From assembly GCA_965215005.1 (NCBI GenBank), contig CBDCCZ010000009.1, positions 35,981-99,980 of the forward strand: a DNA stretch of 64,000 nt, given 5' to 3'. Made by a program: the position numbers and the translations under genes. Source of the DNA: Kofleriaceae bacterium. Its GTDB lineage: Bacteria > Myxococcota_A > Polyangia > Haliangiales > Haliangiaceae. Shown here in pieces: positions 60,915 to 64,000 of this stretch (position 1 is its first letter; each line of letters begins with the position of its first letter). The notes beneath the pieces were generated by a model, which did not search any database, was not told where the DNA came from, and saw only the letters and a program-made list of their open reading frames with translations.

Positions 60915-62999
60915 CTACTGACACTCGAACGCGGCGGGCGTGGGCGGACCGCTGGGCGACGCGGCTGGTTGCAGCCAGATCTCGTCGAGCGCTGGGTTGT
61001 TGCCGAGGCACCCGGCGCGCTGGTTGCGGATCGTGATCGTCGCTGCACCGCCGAGGGCGCTCGAGCGAAACCTGTGGCGCACCTTCTGCCAGTCGCCGTC
61101 GGTCACCTCGTAAGGCGCGCCGAGAACTTCGCCATCGACCTCCACCGTAAGCCGCGGCGCGATGCCGCCGTCGCGAGCGGCGAAGAAGTAGAGGACGTAG
61201 TCAGTGCTCGGAACCAGCTCGACGGTTTGCTGCCAAAGCCGCAATCCCGGCTCGGTCGCGGCATCGAACTGCAGCGACAGGTTGTCTTCCGTGGGCGAGA
61301 CATCGATGGCCGGAAATCCGCCGGCAAACGAGCCGTCACCGCGAATCGCGTAGTGGCCGGTATCGGCGCAGCCAAAGGGATTGCCGCGCGGCGCAGGGAT
61401 GAAGATCGCGTCGGTCGTAAAGCCGGTGTTGCCGTCGGTAAAGCCGCCGTTTCGAACCGCATTTCTCGCCGTGCACGTCGCGCCGGGCTCGACCATGCAC
61501 AGCGCATTGCAGCCATCGCCGTCATCGCGATTGCCATCGTCGCAGGATTCGCCTGCGTCGAGCTCGCCATTGCCGCAGCGGCTACACCTACTCGGCGAGC
61601 CGTCGCAGCGCCAGCCCGGTTCGAGCTGACACACCTCATTGCAGCCATCTCCCGCGACCAGGTTCTCGTCGTCGCAGGTTTCATCGCCTTCCACCACCGC
61701 GTCGCCGCAGCCGTGGCCGGCACCCCAAGCATCGCCCCCAGCGACACCCGTCGCGCCGGCTTCGGCGCGCGCGGCGCACGTAGCGGGGGACAGCTCGATG
61801 ACTCCAGGGCCGCCGCCGCCACCGGGGCCGTGCTCTGCTGCCGTGTTGCCGCCCGCGCCTCCGCTGGCGCTTAGCAGCCCACACGACATGCTGGTTGCCA
61901 CCGCGAGGTCGATGACCCCGCCCGCGCCGCCGCCCCCGGCGCCGTTGTTATCGCTCGAAGCCGCGCCGTCGACGCCATCGGCGCGAATCATCCCGGCTCC
62001 GGCGATGGACCTCCCGCGGATCCAAATCACGCCACCGCCGCTTCCGCCGCTACTGTCGTCGGTGGTGTTGATGTGCCCAGCGCCGCCGCCGCCGCCAAAG
62101 CTCAGGTGGGTGTCCGCGGCGTAGCGCAGCGCCGCGCCGCCACGGCCGCCCACGCGGCTTCGGCCAAACAATGCCACCGAGTCGCCGCCGCGGCCGCCGG
62201 CACGCGCATGGCCGCCGCCGCCGCCGCCCGCGTCGCTGCAGTTGCCGCCGCCGCCGCCGTTGCCGCGGTTGCCGTAGCCGGTCGCGCTCTCATCGAAGGG
62301 GCCTATTACCGCTTCGCCGGCGCGGCCGCCGCCGGGGCCTGGCTCCTCGAGCGCCGCGCAGTCGCGCTGCAGTGGCCCTACCGCCGAGGGACCGCCGCGA
62401 AAGCCGAGGCCGGTGGCATCGATGGCGCCGCGGAGCGTCACGGTGCCGGAGGCGACGAACGCGACCACGCCGCCGCTCTGACCGTCCCACGCGGTGGCGG
62501 TGAGGCGGCCGCCGGCATTGATGTCGACGTCGGTGTACTGCGGGACGCGGACGAGCTGCGCCCCGGCGCCATAGCGGTGGGCGAGGGGCTCGACGACCAT
62601 CACTGCTCCGGCGCGTACCGCCGCGACGGTCGCGAGCTCGAAATGGCCCACGCCGCCCGCTTCGAGCTCGACGGCGCTGGTGTCGCCCGCCGCTCGCTCG
62701 CTCGTGCCGGTGGTTTGCCACAGCATCACCAGATCTCCCGGCGCGACAATCGCCGCATCGACGACGTCGACGGTGAGCTCGCCGGCCGTGGTGATCGGCG
62801 TGGCTGCATTGACGACGACACCGTCGCTGGCGACCGTGAGAGCGCCGTCGCTGCCATCACCGAGAACGAGCGGCGGAGCGGCGGCGTCGGCGGGCACTGC
62901 GGCGTCGGCAGAGGCAGAGCCTTGGGGGGCGATGCCGCTAGGGTCAAACGAACAGGCGAGGAGTCCCGCGCAAGCACATGCCGCGGCAGCTGAGCGCAT
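60915..62999 (-). CDS. Gly-rich lipoprotein with myxobacterial Cys-rich (DUF4215-like) repeats and a CBM-like C-terminus
   Basis: LLAC lipobox; GGGGG tracts; two CG...E.CDD.N...GDGC...C repeats; NGGF beta-sandwich. Confidence 0.85.
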   Translation of the reverse strand: MRSAAAACACAGLLACSFDPSGIAPQGSASADAAVPADAAAPPLVLGDGSDGALTVASDGVVVNAATPITTAGELTVDVVDAAIVAPGDLVMLWQTTGTSERAAGDTSAVELEAGGVGHFELATVAAVRAGAVMVVEPLAHRYGAGAQLVRVPQYTDVDINAGGRLTATAWDGQSGGVVAFVASGTVTLRGAIDATGLGFRGGPSAVGPLQRDCAALEEPGPGGGRAGEAVIGPFDESATGYGNRGNGGGGGNCSDAGGGGGGHARAGGRGGDSVALFGRSRVGGRGGAALRYAADTHLSFGGGGGAGHINTTDDSSGGSGGGVIWIRGRSIAGAGMIRADGVDGAASSDNNGAGGGGAGGVIDLAVATSMSCGLLSASGGAGGNTAAEHGPGGGGGPGVIELSPATCAARAEAGATGVAGGDAWGAGHGCGDAVVEGDETCDDENLVAGDGCNEVCQLEPGWRCDGSPSRCSRCGNGELDAGESCDDGNRDDGDGCNALCMVEPGATCTARNAVRNGGFTDGNTGFTTDAIFIPAPRGNPFGCADTGHYAIRGDGSFAGGFPAIDVSPTEDNLSLQFDAATEPGLRLWQQTVELVPSTDYVLYFFAARDGGIAPRLTVEVDGEVLGAPYEVTDGDWQKVRHRFRSSALGGAATITIRNQRAGCLGNNPALDEIWLQPAASPSGPPTPAAFECQ

Positions 63000-63168
63000 C
63001 GCGGCAACCCTAGCATGCGCACGCGGGCGTGGAGGCAGCCGTTGACTTGGTAGTGGCGGCACCTACAACCGAGGTCGCCAAGGCCGGAGCCCGAGCGCCG
63101 GCTCGACATGAGCCGCTGCAGCCCATGGGTGCAGAAATCGCGCGACTGGCCGACTTCCTTCCTGTCCC

Positions 63169-64000
63169 GTGCAGCCCGCCAATTCGCCAACGCCACGGCT
63201 TGAGCGCGTTCAGCGTCGGCCGCTCCTGGCCCACGCCAGCGTGCTGCTGATTTCCGTGGTGCTCGCTGCGGTGCTTTTGCATGAGAGCTGGTCGGCGCAT
63301 CAGCGGGCCCGCGAGCTATTGGTGCGCACCAGCGAGCTGCTCGTGCTCGGCGAGCAGATCATGCGTCTTGACGAGGTCCTCACCATGTCGGCGCGACTTG
63401 GCGCCTCGACGGGTGAGACGCGTTGGCTGGCGCGCTACGACGCTGCCGAGCCAGAGCTCGACGCAGCGCTCACCCGCGCCATGGCCATTGCGCCGCGCGA
63501 CTACGCCGCGGCGGTCGCCGACACAGCGGATGCCAACCGCGCGTTGATCGGCCTCGAGCGGCGCGCGTTCGACTTAGCCGGCCGTGGCGCCACCGCCGCG
63601 GCGTACGCGCTCTTAACCAATGGCAACTACGATCGCCTCAAGAGCGACTACGGCGGCGGCATGGCGCGCGCAAACGCGATCCTGCGCGCGTATGCCGCGG
63701 CTCGCTTGCAAGCGTTGCACGACCGCCGCGACCTCTCCATCGCCCTCGGCTCGGTGCTCGTGCTGCTGCTCCTGGCGGCGTGGGCGCTGTCCTATGGCGT
63801 TTTGCGCTCCTATATAGAGCGGAGTGAGCAGGCCTGGGCGGGGCTCGAGGAGCGGGTCGCTGCACGCACCGCGGCGCTCGCCGAGAGCAACGCCATGCTG
63901 CGCCAGGAGGTCGCGGCGCGAGCGAGGCCGAGGTCGCGCTTCGCAGCTCCGAGGAGTCGGTGCGGGCGATCTTCAACGGCGTTAGCGAGGCGATCGTGGT
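63169..64000 (+). CDS. Membrane sensor protein (probable histidine kinase), truncated by window end, apparent frameshift at about 63915-63927
   Basis: Not in the ORF track; hand translation gives TM, DEVLTMSAR sensor region, TM, LEERVAARTAAL coiled coil; AEVALRSSEESVRAIFNGVSEAIV (PAS start) lies in another frame. Confidence 0.8.
   Translation, partial: MQPANSPTPRLERVQRRPLLAHASVLLISVVLAAVLLHESWSAHQRARELLVRTSELLVLGEQIMRLDEVLTMSARLGASTGETRWLARYDAAEPELDAALTRAMAIAPRDYAAAVADTADANRALIGLERRAFDLAGRGATAAAYALLTNGNYDRLKSDYGGGMARANAILRAYAAARLQALHDRRDLSIALGSVLVLLLLAAWALSYGVLRSYIERSEQAWAGLEERVAARTAALAESNAMLRQEVAARARPRSRFAAPRSRCGRSSTALARRSW

Overview
A GC-rich bacterial window whose gene content points to Myxococcota (inference from PEGA, PilZ and Cys-rich repeat proteins, a secreted caspase, a Ser/Thr kinase and STAND-TPR regulators). 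It holds about 55 CDS. No rRNA, tRNA, CRISPR array or transposase was recognised. Housekeeping genes are an aspartate aminotransferase, rsmD/coaD, two parvulins, mfd, rimK, a cyclophilin and a glutathione peroxidase. The best candidate for an undescribed system is at 1.2-6.1 kb: an ECF sigma, a zinc anti-sigma and a secreted caspase with a probable beta-barrel, followed by three paralogous lipoproteins. An exactly spaced motif, CGTGCG-N16-CGGTTC(T/A)AA, occurs upstream of the sigma gene and three more times in the lipoprotein array, consistent with the sigma's own promoter and regulon. Other points of interest: a DUF3015-DUF4105-PEGA operon whose flanking proteins share a module; a sulfatase/phosphodiesterase/sulfotransferase cluster with a shared LGY C-terminal tail; a dispersed 150-bp CTAG-bounded palindromic repeat; a switch-like leader before a diguanylate cyclase; two apparent pseudo-enzymes; and an in-frame rsmD-coaD fusion. 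Two frameshifts (rimK and the terminal sensor gene) look like sequencing indels. All family calls come from motif recognition by eye, not database searches.
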